DNA from: a virus | Taxonomy: Duplodnaviria; Heunggongvirae; Uroviricota; Caudoviricetes | DNA: 39,003 nucleotides | Reading direction: 5' to 3' (one strand) | IMG/VR virus record: IMGVR_UViG_2563366825_000018 | Shown here: one piece after another, positions 1 through 9,686 of the stretch | Layout: every line of letters begins with the position of its first letter | How positions within the stretch are numbered: position 1 is the first letter of the stretch | Notes under the pieces: generated by a model | The model's input: only the letters and a program-made list of their open reading frames with translations | Database searches by the model: none | Told to the model about the DNA's origin: nothing | Translations under genes and position numbers: made by a program

Positions 1-1053
1 TTACGGGGTAATGCCAACCGCTGCCGCCACTTTGTCGCCACTTGGCAGCGTTGCCAGAGGATTGAAACGGAGCGCCGTTTCTAGATGATCCGGTGCCAGA
101 TGTGCGTAACGCATAGTCATTTTTATATCGTGGTGTCCGAGAATTTTTTGTAAGGCCAGAATGTTTCCACCCGACATCATGAAGTGCGCCGCAAACGTAT
201 GGCGCAGAACGTGTGTGAGTTGACCGCGAGGGAGCACGATAGACGTTTTTTCCATCACGGATAAAAATTGAAAATAGCAGTCTGTGAAGAAATTGAACCC
301 ATCAAGCGCCATGATCTCTTCGTAAAGCTCTTTACTGATAGGGATGCTTCTGTTTTTCTTCCCCTTCGTTCTGACAAAGGTAATTCGGTATTTGGTCACC
401 TGTGAGCGGGTAAGATTTACGGCTTCACGCCAGCGTGCGCCTGTGCTTAAGCATATCTTAACTACCAGTGCCAGAATTGGGTCCTGACGTTTGCAATCAG
501 CCAGCAATTCAACAATCTGCTCATGGGTAAGCCATGCCATCTCTTTTTCTGCGATGGTGAATTTTCGCATGTTCTCCAGTGGGTTCGGATACGACCATTC
601 GCCCAGACGGGATAGTTCGCTAAAAACACTACTTAGATAGCTTTGCTCCAGGTTAATGGTGACCGGGCTTGCTCCTTTCTTCCATTTCTCGCTGAAGTAG
701 ATCTCGCCTGTCAGGCGTTTATCTCGATAGTGGGCAAACATTTTAGAGGTGAGATCGGTTGCAAGAGGATTGCCCAGAGCGTCAACCATCAACAGCAATT
801 TGTCATAGACATGCTGCCCAGCTGTCAGAGATTTACCATGTAGTTTGAACCATAGCTCAACCACGTCTTTCAGTGTTCGACGATCCACTGATTCACCCAG
901 CCAGGGCTTTGCTTCGGTTTCTTCCATCGTGTGGCGCTCAAAAGCCAGTGCTTCGCCTTTGGTAGCGAATTGTTTACGCACACGACGCCCACTTCGTCCG
1001 GCGGGGTAACATTCGCAAAGCCATTTCCCTGTGGTTAGTTTTCGTACTGCCAT
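1..1053 (-). CDS. int: tyrosine integrase, P2/186 family
   Basis: 350 aa; N-terminus MAVRKLTTGKWLCECYPAGRSGRRVRKQFATKGEALAFE resembles P2-family Int; C-terminal HxxR...Y catalytic region (LRHTFAAH, MRYAHL). Confidence 0.93.
   Translation of the reverse strand: MAVRKLTTGKWLCECYPAGRSGRRVRKQFATKGEALAFERHTMEETEAKPWLGESVDRRTLKDVVELWFKLHGKSLTAGQHVYDKLLLMVDALGNPLATDLTSKMFAHYRDKRLTGEIYFSEKWKKGASPVTINLEQSYLSSVFSELSRLGEWSYPNPLENMRKFTIAEKEMAWLTHEQIVELLADCKRQDPILALVVKICLSTGARWREAVNLTRSQVTKYRITFVRTKGKKNRSIPISKELYEEIMALDGFNFFTDCYFQFLSVMEKTSIVLPRGQLTHVLRHTFAAHFMMSGGNILALQKILGHHDIKMTMRYAHLAPDHLETALRFNPLATLPSGDKVAAAVGITP
19..40. repeat. left att core copy (attL), inside the 3' end of int
   Basis: cgctgccgccactttgtcgcca here versus cgctgccgccattttgtcgcca at 36149-36170 (21/22 identical). 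Confidence 0.6.
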
Positions 1054-1135
1054 AAAAAGCCCTCATATCAGAGGGCTAAATTTAACTGTATATGTAACCA
1101 GTAATCAATGTGTGATTACTATGAAACATACATTG

Positions 1136-2812
1136 CTAAGCAACATGTAGTTCATCGTTGGCGGAAGTGGCTGCTTTGCGCTCCTGCTCAATAGCTAGAG
1201 ACTCTCTATATTCTTTCGCCTCTGCAAACATTGTCCAGTGGGCGTTGATGTTCATGTCTTCAATAACTGATTTGATTTCTTTTAAATTTACGTTAAAAAA
1301 CTCTTTTCGTGAGCTAATTTTATTGACCTGCTTTTCGTTGAAAACTTTATGCAGATGGTTTTCTAATGATGGTGCATCATCACTATAAATCATCGCATGA
1401 ACATCGAACGAAAAAGGAACACTAGCATCTCCGAGTTCACGAACACGATCAAGTGGTTCAAGGCGGCGTGTCATTCCAATTTTATATACATCTTCGCCAA
1501 ATGAACCAATATTACTAATGATATAGACGTGGCCTGATCTGGTTTGTTGAGCCATAGAAATAGCTCGTTGATTTTTAGCTTCAGCTTCTTCATATTTTAA
1601 CTGTAGTTCAGCTATTTTTTGCTCTAAAGCTAAGCGTTGTTCTTCATTTGCAAGCATAAGTTCTTTCGTTGCTTTATTTATAGCTTGCTGAATAGCTTTT
1701 TCTTCTTTTTCAGCTTCTTTTATCGCTTTTTCATATTCTCTACGAGCTCTTTCCTCTTCACGAAGCTGTTCTTTAATCCTTCTTTGCTCTTCTTTTTCTT
1801 CGAGCATAATTTCATTAACTGCTACACCCCATTTTAGCTCGTTGAGTCTTGCCTGAAGATAGATGTCACTTATTTTTGCGGACCTAAAGGCAGAGCCATT
1901 GTAATTTACTAGTTGAAATGCATCTTTTATTTCTTGGGAAAGTTTTCCAAAATTGTTGTGTTTGACTTTTGATAAAATACTGTCAACTCTTCCATTGAAG
2001 GCATCCAAAACAAAGTTTATGGCAGTATTACGCCTGTTTTGCTCAACATAATCACACGAAGCAGCTTTATTAGTTTTTATTAATGATTTGGTTAACTCTC
2101 TGGCTTTTTGTAATTCCTTGCCTGCATCTGTAAATTCATAATTTTCTGCCAGTTCATCAAGTACACTACGGTTAGGGATGATCCATTCATCACCATAACC
2201 TTCAATTTTATTTTTCATTGATTTTGCAACTGCTTCATATTTTTCTGCAAACTCTTTAGCTTCATATGCTGAACCAGCAATCTCCTTTGCTCTTTCTTCT
2301 GCATCAGAAATAATTTTTACTGCATTGTCATTAGCATTTGAGATTAGCTCATTTGCTTTATTATTAGCATTATCAAGACGTTCTTTGGCTTTCAGGCGTG
2401 CATCGCGAGCGTCTTTGGTGATTGCTATAGCTTCGCTATTAGCGTTGCTTATTGTCATCTGAGCTTGATAATTTGCTTCGTTTACTGTTTTAGCCGCCTT
2501 AATTTGGGCTTCATCTATTTTTTGCTTGGCTATTGAGTCCGCATTTTTTATCTTATTCTCTGCATCCATTACTGCGCTGTGCAATTCTTCGTATTGCCAC
2601 AATGGTGCTGCTCGCCCTTCAAGCTCTGATAATTCTCGTACGGTCTGTGCTAGTTTTTCTTGATTTTCAATCAGTTGGTTAGAAAGGGCTATGTTGTTAG
2701 CTGTCAGGTTATCTATAGCCGCTTTGTGTTTTTTACTTTGTTTAAATAATATTACAGCTAGAACAGGGGCGAGAAATGCTAATAAGAGTATAACGATGGC
2801 AAATGAATTCAT
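1136..2812 (-). CDS. membrane-anchored coiled-coil protein with DUF4041-like region and C-terminal T5orf172 (GIY-YIG-like) domain; accessory gene
   Basis: 558 aa; N-terminal TM helix, about 150 aa of Ala/Lys/Glu-rich coiled coil, C-terminal GHVYIISNIGSFGEDVYKIGMTRRLEPLDRVRELG motif; AGGA-type RBS 7 nt before the ATG; sits 20 nt downstream of cI on the same strand; AT-rich. Confidence 0.75.
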   Translation of the reverse strand: MNSFAIVILLLAFLAPVLAVILFKQSKKHKAAIDNLTANNIALSNQLIENQEKLAQTVRELSELEGRAAPLWQYEELHSAVMDAENKIKNADSIAKQKIDEAQIKAAKTVNEANYQAQMTISNANSEAIAITKDARDARLKAKERLDNANNKANELISNANDNAVKIISDAEERAKEIAGSAYEAKEFAEKYEAVAKSMKNKIEGYGDEWIIPNRSVLDELAENYEFTDAGKELQKARELTKSLIKTNKAASCDYVEQNRRNTAINFVLDAFNGRVDSILSKVKHNNFGKLSQEIKDAFQLVNYNGSAFRSAKISDIYLQARLNELKWGVAVNEIMLEEKEEQRRIKEQLREEERARREYEKAIKEAEKEEKAIQQAINKATKELMLANEEQRLALEQKIAELQLKYEEAEAKNQRAISMAQQTRSGHVYIISNIGSFGEDVYKIGMTRRLEPLDRVRELGDASVPFSFDVHAMIYSDDAPSLENHLHKVFNEKQVNKISSRKEFFNVNLKEIKSVIEDMNINAHWTMFAEAKEYRESLAIEQERKAATSANDELHVA

Positions 2813-2832
2813 TTTAAAATCCTTTTACTATA

Positions 2833-3429
2833 TTAATTCGAGACTATTGTACTTCTTATACAAGCAACCACTTCAATATCAGAAAATGCACATTCAAAGC
2901 TATTCTCTGCTGTTGTAATTTTAATCATTCCTTTAGGAAGCCTTGTGATTTTTCGAATGGAATAGGTTCCGTCGATATTGATTAACCAGTTTCCATCAAG
3001 TACTTCAGAAAATTTTTGATCACAAATGTATGTGACGAGTCCATCCTGAACAACAATTGGTGATGAAAGGTTTGCAGGAAGAAATGATGAATCGAAGACA
3101 TATGAACCGTCTTCAATCATTTTGCCTGCGGCAAGGCGAAACTTAACAAGCTCTTCTGTAGCTGCTGTCAGCGAGCTTTGCTTAAGGCCTTGTCCGGTAG
3201 TTAACCATTTGAGGGAGGTTCCTGTTTCAAGAGCACATTGGATTATCCAGTCAGCAGGAAATGTATCCCGCAAATACCTGTTCGCTAGTGTGCTTTTTGA
3301 TACTTCCAAGTGATCAGCTAAAGCCTGTCGTGTCGTAAAGCCATAGGCTTCGACTAATCGCTCAATCGCAGCCTTACCACCTTTATTGGGATTTATTTTG
3401 ATCTCACTTGGGTACTTTGATGTTGACAT
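2833..3429 (-). CDS. cI: immunity repressor CI, phage 186 type
   Basis: 198 aa; ERLVEAYGFTTRQALADHLEVSKSTLANRYLRD...CALETGTSLKWLTTGQG matches my recollection of 186 CI (HTH N-domain plus C-domain). Confidence 0.88.
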   Translation of the reverse strand: MSTSKYPSEIKINPNKGGKAAIERLVEAYGFTTRQALADHLEVSKSTLANRYLRDTFPADWIIQCALETGTSLKWLTTGQGLKQSSLTAATEELVKFRLAAGKMIEDGSYVFDSSFLPANLSSPIVVQDGLVTYICDQKFSEVLDGNWLINIDGTYSIRKITRLPKGMIKITTAENSFECAFSDIEVVACIRSTIVSN

Positions 3430-3524
3430 ATCTCTTTTGCGATCCTAGTATCAGTTTTGTACCCAATTGGGTACTTGTCACGATTACTACAGGCTCACCA
3501 CAAGCCAATAGGAGATGTTGCATC
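3430..3524. promoter_or_regulatory. lysis-lysogeny switch region between cI and apl (expected pR/pL and operators)
   Basis: Position only, between divergent cI and apl; promoters and operators not mapped individually. Confidence 0.45.
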
Positions 3525-3746
3525 ATGACCCCTAACATTTCAATAACTCTGAATACGCCACACGTCACAATCGAGCGTTATAGCGAACTTACTGGTCTTT
3601 CAATCGACACAATCAACGATATGTTGGCGGATGGTCGCATTCCTCGGCATCGTCTTCGTAAAGACAAGAAAAGAGAAAAGGTAATGATCAACCTTGCTGC
3701 TCTTACCGTTGATGCACTTACTGATTGCAATGTTGTATTCAACTAG
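3525..3746 (+). CDS. apl: Apl/Cox-like excisionase and transcriptional regulator
   Basis: Internal ATG of track ORF 3408-3746 preceded by GGAG; 73 aa small HTH protein at the 186 apl position. Confidence 0.7.
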   Translation: MTPNISITLNTPHVTIERYSELTGLSIDTINDMLADGRIPRHRLRKDKKREKVMINLAALTVDALTDCNVVFN

Positions 3747-3778
3747 TTCCATTTTGGGATACATCAGAGGTGTCGACC

Positions 3779-4288
3779 ATGTTTGATTACCAAGTTTCCA
3801 AACATCCACATTTTGATGAAGCCTGTCGTGCATTCGCACTGCGCCACAATCTGGTGCAACTGGCAGAACGTGCGGGCATGAATGTGCAGATTCTGCGGAA
3901 CAAGCTGAACCCAGCTCAACCTCATTTATTAACCGCACCAGAAATCTGGCTGCTTACCGATCTGACTGAAGATTCAACGTTGGTAGATGGTTTTCTGGCA
4001 CAGATTCATTGTCTGCCATGTGTACCGATTAATGAGGTAGCAAAAGAGAAACTGCCGCATTACGTCATGAGCGCAACTGCAGAGATCGGGCGTGTTGCAG
4101 CAGGTGCGGTATCTGGTGATGTAAAAACTAGTGCCGGTCGTCGTGATGCTATCAGCAGCATTAACTCTGTAACACGACTGATGGCGCTGGCTGCTGTTTC
4201 ATTGCAAGCCCGTTTACAGGCTAATCCTGCGATGGCGAGTGCAGTTGATACCATGACTGGCCTTGGTGCTTCATTCGGTTTGCTGTGA
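3779..4288 (+). CDS. cII: CII-like lysogeny establishment regulator (186 cII type)
   Basis: [45 protein letters not shown]... closely resembles 186 CII; RBS AGAGG upstream; start is the internal ATG of track ORF 3725-4288. Confidence 0.88.
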   Translation: MFDYQVSKHPHFDEACRAFALRHNLVQLAERAGMNVQILRNKLNPAQPHLLTAPEIWLLTDLTEDSTLVDGFLAQIHCLPCVPINEVAKEKLPHYVMSATAEIGRVAAGAVSGDVKTSAGRRDAISSINSVTRLMALAAVSLQARLQANPAMASAVDTMTGLGASFGLL

Positions 4289-4295
4289 GGTGTTT

Positions 4296-4592
4296 ATGCT
4301 GACGAAAGAACCATCATTTGCATCGCTGCTGGTAAAACAAAGCCCGGCAATGCACTACGGTCACGGCTGGATCACGGGTGAGGATGGAAAACGCTGGCAT
4401 CCATGTCATTCACAAGATGAATTGCTGTCTGAATTGACCACGAGGAAACGGAGAAAGTCCAAATGTATGCGGCAGAAAGTGAAGTGGTTTATCAGTTTCG
4501 TTACAGAGGGGAGAGTTATTCAGTACCTGAAGATCATTTGCTCTGTTGCTATCCGTCATTGTCGGGCGATGGCAGTTACTTTTTCACGTTAA
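4296..4592 (+). CDS. hypothetical early protein (186 fil/dhr position); 3' part overlaps the next ORF in another frame
   Basis: ATG with GAGG RBS directly after the cII stop; first ~55 residues look protein-like, later residues look like out-of-frame translation. Confidence 0.4.
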   Translation: MLTKEPSFASLLVKQSPAMHYGHGWITGEDGKRWHPCHSQDELLSELTTRKRRKSKCMRQKVKWFISFVTEGRVIQYLKIICSVAIRHCRAMAVTFSR

Positions 4593-4687
4593 AGGATGGG
4601 ACGTTTTTACGGGGAGAGCAGGTTAAAGAGACGATACGAAAAAATGTATCTCCTCTTGAGCGTTACCGTAAGAACAAAGAACGATAG
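4463..4687 (+). CDS. hypothetical early protein
   Basis: 74 aa; strong RBS GGAGAAAG 6 nt upstream; plausible composition. Confidence 0.5.
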   Translation: MYAAESEVVYQFRYRGESYSVPEDHLLCCYPSLSGDGSYFFTLKDGTFLRGEQVKETIRKNVSPLERYRKNKER

Positions 4688-4709
4688 CTGCGTTTGGGGG
4701 ATATGAAGT

Positions 4710-5051
4710 ATGGCAATTAATGGCGCTGCAGCAACTGTTCCATTAAGCCCCGGTGAACGCCTGAATGGACTTAATCACATTGCGGAGTTAAGGGCGAAAG
4801 TTTTTGGCCTGAATATTGAGTCAGAGCTTGAGCGGTTTATTAAAGATATGCGTGATCCACGGGATATCAATAATGAACAAAATAAACGGGCACTGGCTGC
4901 CATATTCTTTATGGCAAAAATTCCAGCTGAACGTCATAGCATCAGCATTAATGAGCTGACCACTGACGAAAAGCGGGAGCTGATTAAAGCAATGAATCAT
5001 TTTCGTGCAGTGGTGAGCTTATTTCCCAGACGGCTAACCATGCCGAATTAA
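4710..5051 (+). CDS. hypothetical early-region protein
   Basis: 113 aa ORF with GGGGGA RBS; in the early rightward operon. Confidence 0.6.
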   Translation: MAINGAAATVPLSPGERLNGLNHIAELRAKVFGLNIESELERFIKDMRDPRDINNEQNKRALAAIFFMAKIPAERHSISINELTTDEKRELIKAMNHFRAVVSLFPRRLTMPN

Positions 5052-5118
5052 CCAACTAATGAAATTAATGGCGTAAACCCGCCGGGCATCCCTTTATCTA
5101 AATTCAGGAGAATTGATT

Positions 5119-5352
5119 ATGCGTAATATTGAAACCCTCACGACTAAAACCGGACCGGATGACGCAGGGCTTAATATTTTACTGACAGAGGCTCGTCTGG
5201 AAGAACGCCGGGCAAGGGCTGAAGCAATGGCTGCTCGCCTTGATAGCCTGGCGTGTCATATCTCATCCCGCCAGCTAAACCACGTGGAAGCGGCAGAACT
5301 GCTGCGCGTGACTGCTGAAGCAATCCAGAACGAAGCGCAGGAGATCCACTAA
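5119..5352 (+). CDS. hypothetical early-region protein
   Basis: ATG preceded by AGGAG at 8 nt spacing; 77 aa (track ORF begins at an upstream TTG). Confidence 0.6.
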   Translation: MRNIETLTTKTGPDDAGLNILLTEARLEERRARAEAMAARLDSLACHISSRQLNHVEAAELLRVTAEAIQNEAQEIH

Positions 5353-5579
5353 TGGCTGATGCAATGGATCTCGTACAGCAGCGCGTTGAAGAAGAACGCC
5401 AGCGCCATATCCGTGCAGCCCGTGCCAAATCACCGGGCGTGTCACGCGTACTTTGCATTGAATGTGAAGCGCCAATTCCGCCAGCACGACGCCGCGCCAT
5501 TCCGGGAGTGCAGCTTTGCATTACCTGTCAGGAAATCGCAGAACTGAAAGGCAAACATTACAACGGAGGTGCTGTATGA
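5352..5579 (+). CDS. TraR/DksA-family C4 zinc-finger protein
   Basis: 75 aa; CxxC...CxxC (CIECEAP...CITCQ); start overlaps previous stop; common in P2-like early operons. Confidence 0.8.
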   Translation: MADAMDLVQQRVEEERQRHIRAARAKSPGVSRVLCIECEAPIPPARRRAIPGVQLCITCQEIAELKGKHYNGGAV

Positions 5580-6433
5580 GCACTATCCTGAAATGGGCGG
5601 GAAATAAAACCGCCATTATGCCAGAACTGAAAAAATACCTTCCTGCTGGCCCGCGACTGGTTGAACCTTTCGCGGGTTCCTGTGCTGTGATGATGGAAAC
5701 GGATTATCCCAGCTATCTGGTTGCGGATATTAATCCTGATTTAATCAACCTCTATAAAAAGGTTGCCGCTGATTGTGAATCGTTTATATCTCGCGCCAGA
5801 GTTTTATTTGAGATCGCAAACAGGGAGGTGGCTTATTACAACATAAGGCAGGAGTTTAACTGCTCAACTGAAATTACTGATTTCATGAAAGCGGTATATT
5901 TCCTGTATCTCAATCGTCACGGTTACCGTGGTTTATGTCGCTATAACAAGAGCGGGCATTTCAACATTCCCTACGGTAATTATAAAAATCCGTATTTCCC
6001 TGAAAAAGAACTTCGCACATTTGCAGAAAAAGCCCAGCGAGCAACGTTTATCTGCGCCAGCTTTGATGAAACGCTGGCGATGTTGAAGGCGGGAGATGTG
6101 GTGTATTGCGATCCGCCATATGACGGTACGTTTTCCGGCTATCACACTGATGGTTTCACTGAAGATGACCAGTATCATCTGGCATCCGTTCTTGAACATC
6201 GGTCATCAGAAGGACATCCGGTCATTGTTTCTAACAGTGACACATCCCTGATCCGTTCGCTGTATCGCAATTTTACTCACCACTATATCAAGGTAAAACG
6301 CAGCATCGGTGTGGCAGCTGGCGAGGGTAAATCAGCAACAGAAATCATTGCTGTTTCCGGGCCGCGCTGCTGGATGGGATTTGATTATTCGCGTGGCGTG
6401 GATAGTTCTGCCGTGTACGGAGTACGTGCATGA
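5576..6433 (+). CDS. dam: DNA adenine methyltransferase (Dam-like)
   Basis: [11 protein letters not shown]..., EPFAGSCAV (AdoMet motif), DPPY motif, [15 protein letters not shown] all parallel E. coli Dam; RBS GGAGG; start is the internal ATG of track ORF 5516-6433. Confidence 0.9.
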   Translation: MSTILKWAGNKTAIMPELKKYLPAGPRLVEPFAGSCAVMMETDYPSYLVADINPDLINLYKKVAADCESFISRARVLFEIANREVAYYNIRQEFNCSTEITDFMKAVYFLYLNRHGYRGLCRYNKSGHFNIPYGNYKNPYFPEKELRTFAEKAQRATFICASFDETLAMLKAGDVVYCDPPYDGTFSGYHTDGFTEDDQYHLASVLEHRSSEGHPVIVSNSDTSLIRSLYRNFTHHYIKVKRSIGVAAGEGKSATEIIAVSGPRCWMGFDYSRGVDSSAVYGVRA

Positions 6434-8844
6434 GTCATGCCGATATGAACAACTGCTGCGGCTTTAACGAGGCTGCCGCAGCATTCTCATGGAACAGCCC
6501 GAAAAAGGCCATTAACCCTTATCTGGACCCGGCGGAAGTTGCGCCGGTTTCTACGCTTTCAAACCTGATCACTCTGTACGCTGCCGATAACGAGCAGGAA
6601 CAGTTGCGCCGCGAGGCACTGAGTGATCAGGTCTGGGAGCGTTATTTCTTTAATGAATCACGTGATCCTGTCCAGCGCGAAATGGAGCAGGATAAGCTCA
6701 TTAGCCGGGCAAAGCTGGCGCATGAGCAGCAGCGTTTTAATTCAGACATGGTCATTCTGGCGGACGTCAACGCCCAGCCTTCCCATATCAGCAAGCCGCT
6801 GATGCAACGTATTGAATACTTCAGCAGCCTGGGCAGGCCAAAGGCTTATTCCCGCTATTTACGTGAGACGATTAAGCCATGTCTGGAACGACTGGAGCAT
6901 GTACGCGACAGTCAGCTATCTGCATCTTTTCGCTTTATGGCAAGCCATGAAGGGCTGGACGGCCTGCTGATCCTGCCTGAAATGAGTCAGGATCAGGTGA
7001 AACGCCTGTCCACCCTGGTAGCTGCGCATATGAGTATGTGCCTTGATGCAGCTTGTGGTGATTTGTATGCCACCGATGACGTTAAGCCAGAAGAAATCCG
7101 CAAGACATGGGAAAAGGTGGCAGCGGAAACCCTGCGTCTGGATGTCATCCCACCTGCGTTTGAGCAACTCCGTCGGAAAAGAAACCGCCGTAAACCCGTG
7201 CCCTATGAACTCATTCCGGGTTCGCTGGCACGTATGTTGTGCGCCGACTGGTGGTATCGGAAATTATGGAAGATGCGTTGCGAATGGCGGGAAGAGCAGT
7301 TGCGCGCTGTTTGCCTGGTCAGCAAAAAAGCATCTCCTTATGTCAGCTATGAAGCCGTGATGCATAAACGTGAGCAGCGCCGTAAGTCGCTGGAGTTTTT
7401 CCGTTCTCATGAACTGGTGAACGAAGACGGCGACACGCTGGACATGGAGGATGTGGTAAACGCCAGCAGCAGCAACCCTGCGCATCGCCGCAATGAGATG
7501 ATGGCCTGTGTTAAAGGTCTGGAGCTTATCGCGGAAATGCGCGGTGACTGCGCCGTTTTCTACACTATCACCTGTCCGTCGCGTTTCCATTCCACGCTAA
7601 ATAACGGCAGACCAAACCCGACCTGGACAAACGCGACGGTAAGACAAAGCAGCGATTATCTGGTCGGCATGTTTGCTGCATTTCGTAAGGCGATGCACAA
7701 AGCCGGGTTGCGCTGGTATGGCGTGCGGGTGGCTGAGCCGCATCATGATGGCACAGTTCACTGGCACCTGTTGTGTTTCATGCGCAAAAAAGACCGCCGT
7801 GCCATCACTGCATTACTGCGTAAGTTTGCCATCCGTGAAGACCGCGAGGAGCTGGGCAATAACACTGGGCCGCGCTTTAAGTCTGAGTTGATTAACCCGC
7901 GCAAAGGAACGCCGACAAGCTACATCGCGAAATATATCAGTAAGAACATTGACGGTCGTGGTCTGGCTGGCGAGATCAGCAAGGAAACGGGTAAATCTCT
8001 GCGTGATAACGCTGAATACGTGAATGCCTGGGCGTCTCTGCATCGTGTTCAGCAATTCCGCTTCTTTGGTATTCCGGGGCGTCAGGCTTACCGTGAACTT
8101 CGCTTGCTGGCTGGTCAGGCGGCAAGGCAACAGGGTGACAAAAAAGCAGGTGCGCCGGTACTGGATAACCCGCGTCTTGATGCCATTCTGGCTGCTGCTG
8201 ATGCTGGTTGTTTTGCCACCTACATCATGAAGCAGGGCGGCGTACTGGTTCCCCGTAAATATCACCTCATCAGAACCGCTTATGAAATCAACGAAGAGCC
8301 GACCGCCTATGGCGATCACGGCATTCGTATTTATGGCATCTGGTCACCCATTGCAGAGGGCAAGATCTGCACTCATGCAGTGAAGTGGAAAATGGTTCGT
8401 AAAGCCGTTGACGTTCAGGAGGCGGCAGCCGACCAGGGCGCTTGCGCCCCTTGGACTCGTGGCAATAACTGTCCCCTTGCTGAAAATTTGTACCAACAAG
8501 GGAAAGACAAATCAGCTGATGGAGATACCAGAACGGATATCACCCGCATGGATGACAAGGAGTTGCACGATTACCTGCACAGTATGAGCAAAAAAGAGCG
8601 CCGGGAACTGGCAGCAAGGTTACGCCTGGTGAAACCGAAACGGCGTAAAGACTATAAACAGCGAATTACAGACCATCAGCGACTGCAGCTCGTGTATGAA
8701 CTGAAGTCCAGGGGATTTGATGGCAGCGAGAAAGAGGTCGATTTACTGCTTCGCGGCGGCAGTATTCCGTCAGGAGCAGGCCTGCGTATCTTCTATCGGA
8801 ACCAGCGTTTGCAGGAAGATGATAAGTGGCGAAACCTGTATTAA
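6430..8844 (+). CDS. A: replication initiation protein A (rolling-circle endonuclease, P2 gpA family)
   Basis: 804 aa; [10 protein letters not shown] (HuH metal motif) and YIAKYISKN tyrosine motif; start overlaps the dam stop. Confidence 0.93.
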   Translation: MSHADMNNCCGFNEAAAAFSWNSPKKAINPYLDPAEVAPVSTLSNLITLYAADNEQEQLRREALSDQVWERYFFNESRDPVQREMEQDKLISRAKLAHEQQRFNSDMVILADVNAQPSHISKPLMQRIEYFSSLGRPKAYSRYLRETIKPCLERLEHVRDSQLSASFRFMASHEGLDGLLILPEMSQDQVKRLSTLVAAHMSMCLDAACGDLYATDDVKPEEIRKTWEKVAAETLRLDVIPPAFEQLRRKRNRRKPVPYELIPGSLARMLCADWWYRKLWKMRCEWREEQLRAVCLVSKKASPYVSYEAVMHKREQRRKSLEFFRSHELVNEDGDTLDMEDVVNASSSNPAHRRNEMMACVKGLELIAEMRGDCAVFYTITCPSRFHSTLNNGRPNPTWTNATVRQSSDYLVGMFAAFRKAMHKAGLRWYGVRVAEPHHDGTVHWHLLCFMRKKDRRAITALLRKFAIREDREELGNNTGPRFKSELINPRKGTPTSYIAKYISKNIDGRGLAGEISKETGKSLRDNAEYVNAWASLHRVQQFRFFGIPGRQAYRELRLLAGQAARQQGDKKAGAPVLDNPRLDAILAAADAGCFATYIMKQGGVLVPRKYHLIRTAYEINEEPTAYGDHGIRIYGIWSPIAEGKICTHAVKWKMVRKAVDVQEAAADQGACAPWTRGNNCPLAENLYQQGKDKSADGDTRTDITRMDDKELHDYLHSMSKKERRELAARLRLVKPKRRKDYKQRITDHQRLQLVYELKSRGFDGSEKEVDLLLRGGSIPSGAGLRIFYRNQRLQEDDKWRNLY

Positions 8845-8938
8845 TTACGCGGGTTAACAATTCGTGCTCTTAATAATACCAGGCATATCAGGCTGATGGG
8901 CGTAAAAAAACGTTTTACATCAGTAAGATTATTATATG

Positions 8939-8954
8939 CTGTAAATATAAACAG
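8939..8954. promoter_or_regulatory. LexA (SOS) box upstream of the tum/DinI-like module
   Basis: CTGTAAATATAAACAG matches CTGT-N8-ACAG; a half-site-like TGTATACAGT follows; about 45 nt upstream of the 8997 start. Confidence 0.7.
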
Positions 8955-8996
8955 TGGTTATGTATACAGTATTAATTTGGTGTCATAGGAGGAAAG

Positions 8997-9185
8997 ATGC
9001 AGGACTATTTTTTGGAGTCTTTGAAGCTCCAGCGCATTGATTTTTTTCTTAAGCTTGTAGCGGCTAGTGAGTGTAGTGATGAAGAGAAGGGGCTCGCCCT
9101 GCAGTGGGTTTCTGAACTGACAGATGAACTCATGGCAAAAATCAGAACCCACGAATACAACCGCTCAATGGATGTCATCAGCTGA
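8997..9185 (+). CDS. small protein, possible N-terminal antirepressor (Tum-like) part
   Basis: 62 aa; strong RBS AGGAGG 4 nt upstream; downstream of LexA box. Confidence 0.6.
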   Translation: MQDYFLESLKLQRIDFFLKLVAASECSDEEKGLALQWVSELTDELMAKIRTHEYNRSMDVIS

Positions 9186-9195
9186 GGTGACTTTT

Positions 9196-9429
9196 ATGCG
9201 CATTGAAATAATGATCGATAAAGAGCAGAAGATTAGCCAGTCTACCCTGGACGCCCTTGAATCCGAGCTTTACCGCAATCTGCGCCCCCTGTATCCCAAA
9301 ATGGTAATTCGTATCCGTAAAGGTAGCTCTAACGGTGTGGAACTAACCGGATTGCAACTGGACGAAGAAAGAAAACAAGTGATGAAAATTATGCAGAAGG
9401 TGTGGGAAGACGACAGCTGGCTGCATTAA
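9196..9429 (+). CDS. DinI-family protein (Tum C-terminal-domain-like)
   Basis: MRIEIMIDKEQKISQSTLDALESELYRNLRPLYP...VWEDDSWLH parallels E. coli DinI; RBS GAGGTG; start is the internal ATG of track ORF 9124-9429. Confidence 0.8.
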   Translation: MRIEIMIDKEQKISQSTLDALESELYRNLRPLYPKMVIRIRKGSSNGVELTGLQLDEERKQVMKIMQKVWEDDSWLH

Positions 9430-9610
9430 GAAACGTTGCCCCCAGGAGGATTCATTCTTATGGGGCTTGTTTGGGCAATGAGTGAAATAAGGCGTAAGGG
9501 GGCGGGCACTTTGATAAGTGATCTTCCGCTTTGTGCTGCGAGTACAACCGATGGACGCAACTTTCTCTTTGCTACTGCCAAATGTTTTTGGATTTAACCA
9601 TCCTATAAAT

Positions 9611-9634
9611 CAATCACCTCCTGCCTAGGAGGTG
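9611..9634. other. perfect 10-bp-stem hairpin (atcacctcct gcct aggaggtgat)
   Basis: Inverted repeat read directly from sequence; no clear T-tract. Confidence 0.5.
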
Positions 9635-9655
9635 ATTTAGGGATAACAATTAAAG

Positions 9656-9682
9656 ATAGCCACTTGGAGTGGCTATTTTCTT
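9656..9682. terminator. bidirectional rho-independent terminator between the tum/DinI operon and the convergent minus-strand operon
   Basis: atagccact tgg agtggctat followed by tttctt on plus strand; T-rich on minus strand as well. Confidence 0.6.
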
Positions 9683-9686
9683 AACG

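Noticed and set aside
1-60. Possible tRNA at the attachment site (P2-like phages often integrate at tRNA or tmRNA genes)
   Set aside because: The sequence around the left core is int coding sequence and shows no T-arm or acceptor/CCA pattern in either orientation; the right flank is the ybjL intergenic region. No tRNA was called.
5933-8319. Several 80-170-aa minus-strand ORFs within dam and A
   Set aside because: All antisense to strongly supported early genes, with no start context.
9471-9610. Possible ~46-aa small ORF after the DinI-like gene (ATG near 9471 preceded by CAGGAGGA)
   Set aside because: Below the track threshold, no recognisable features; could equally be non-coding spacer. 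Left unannotated.
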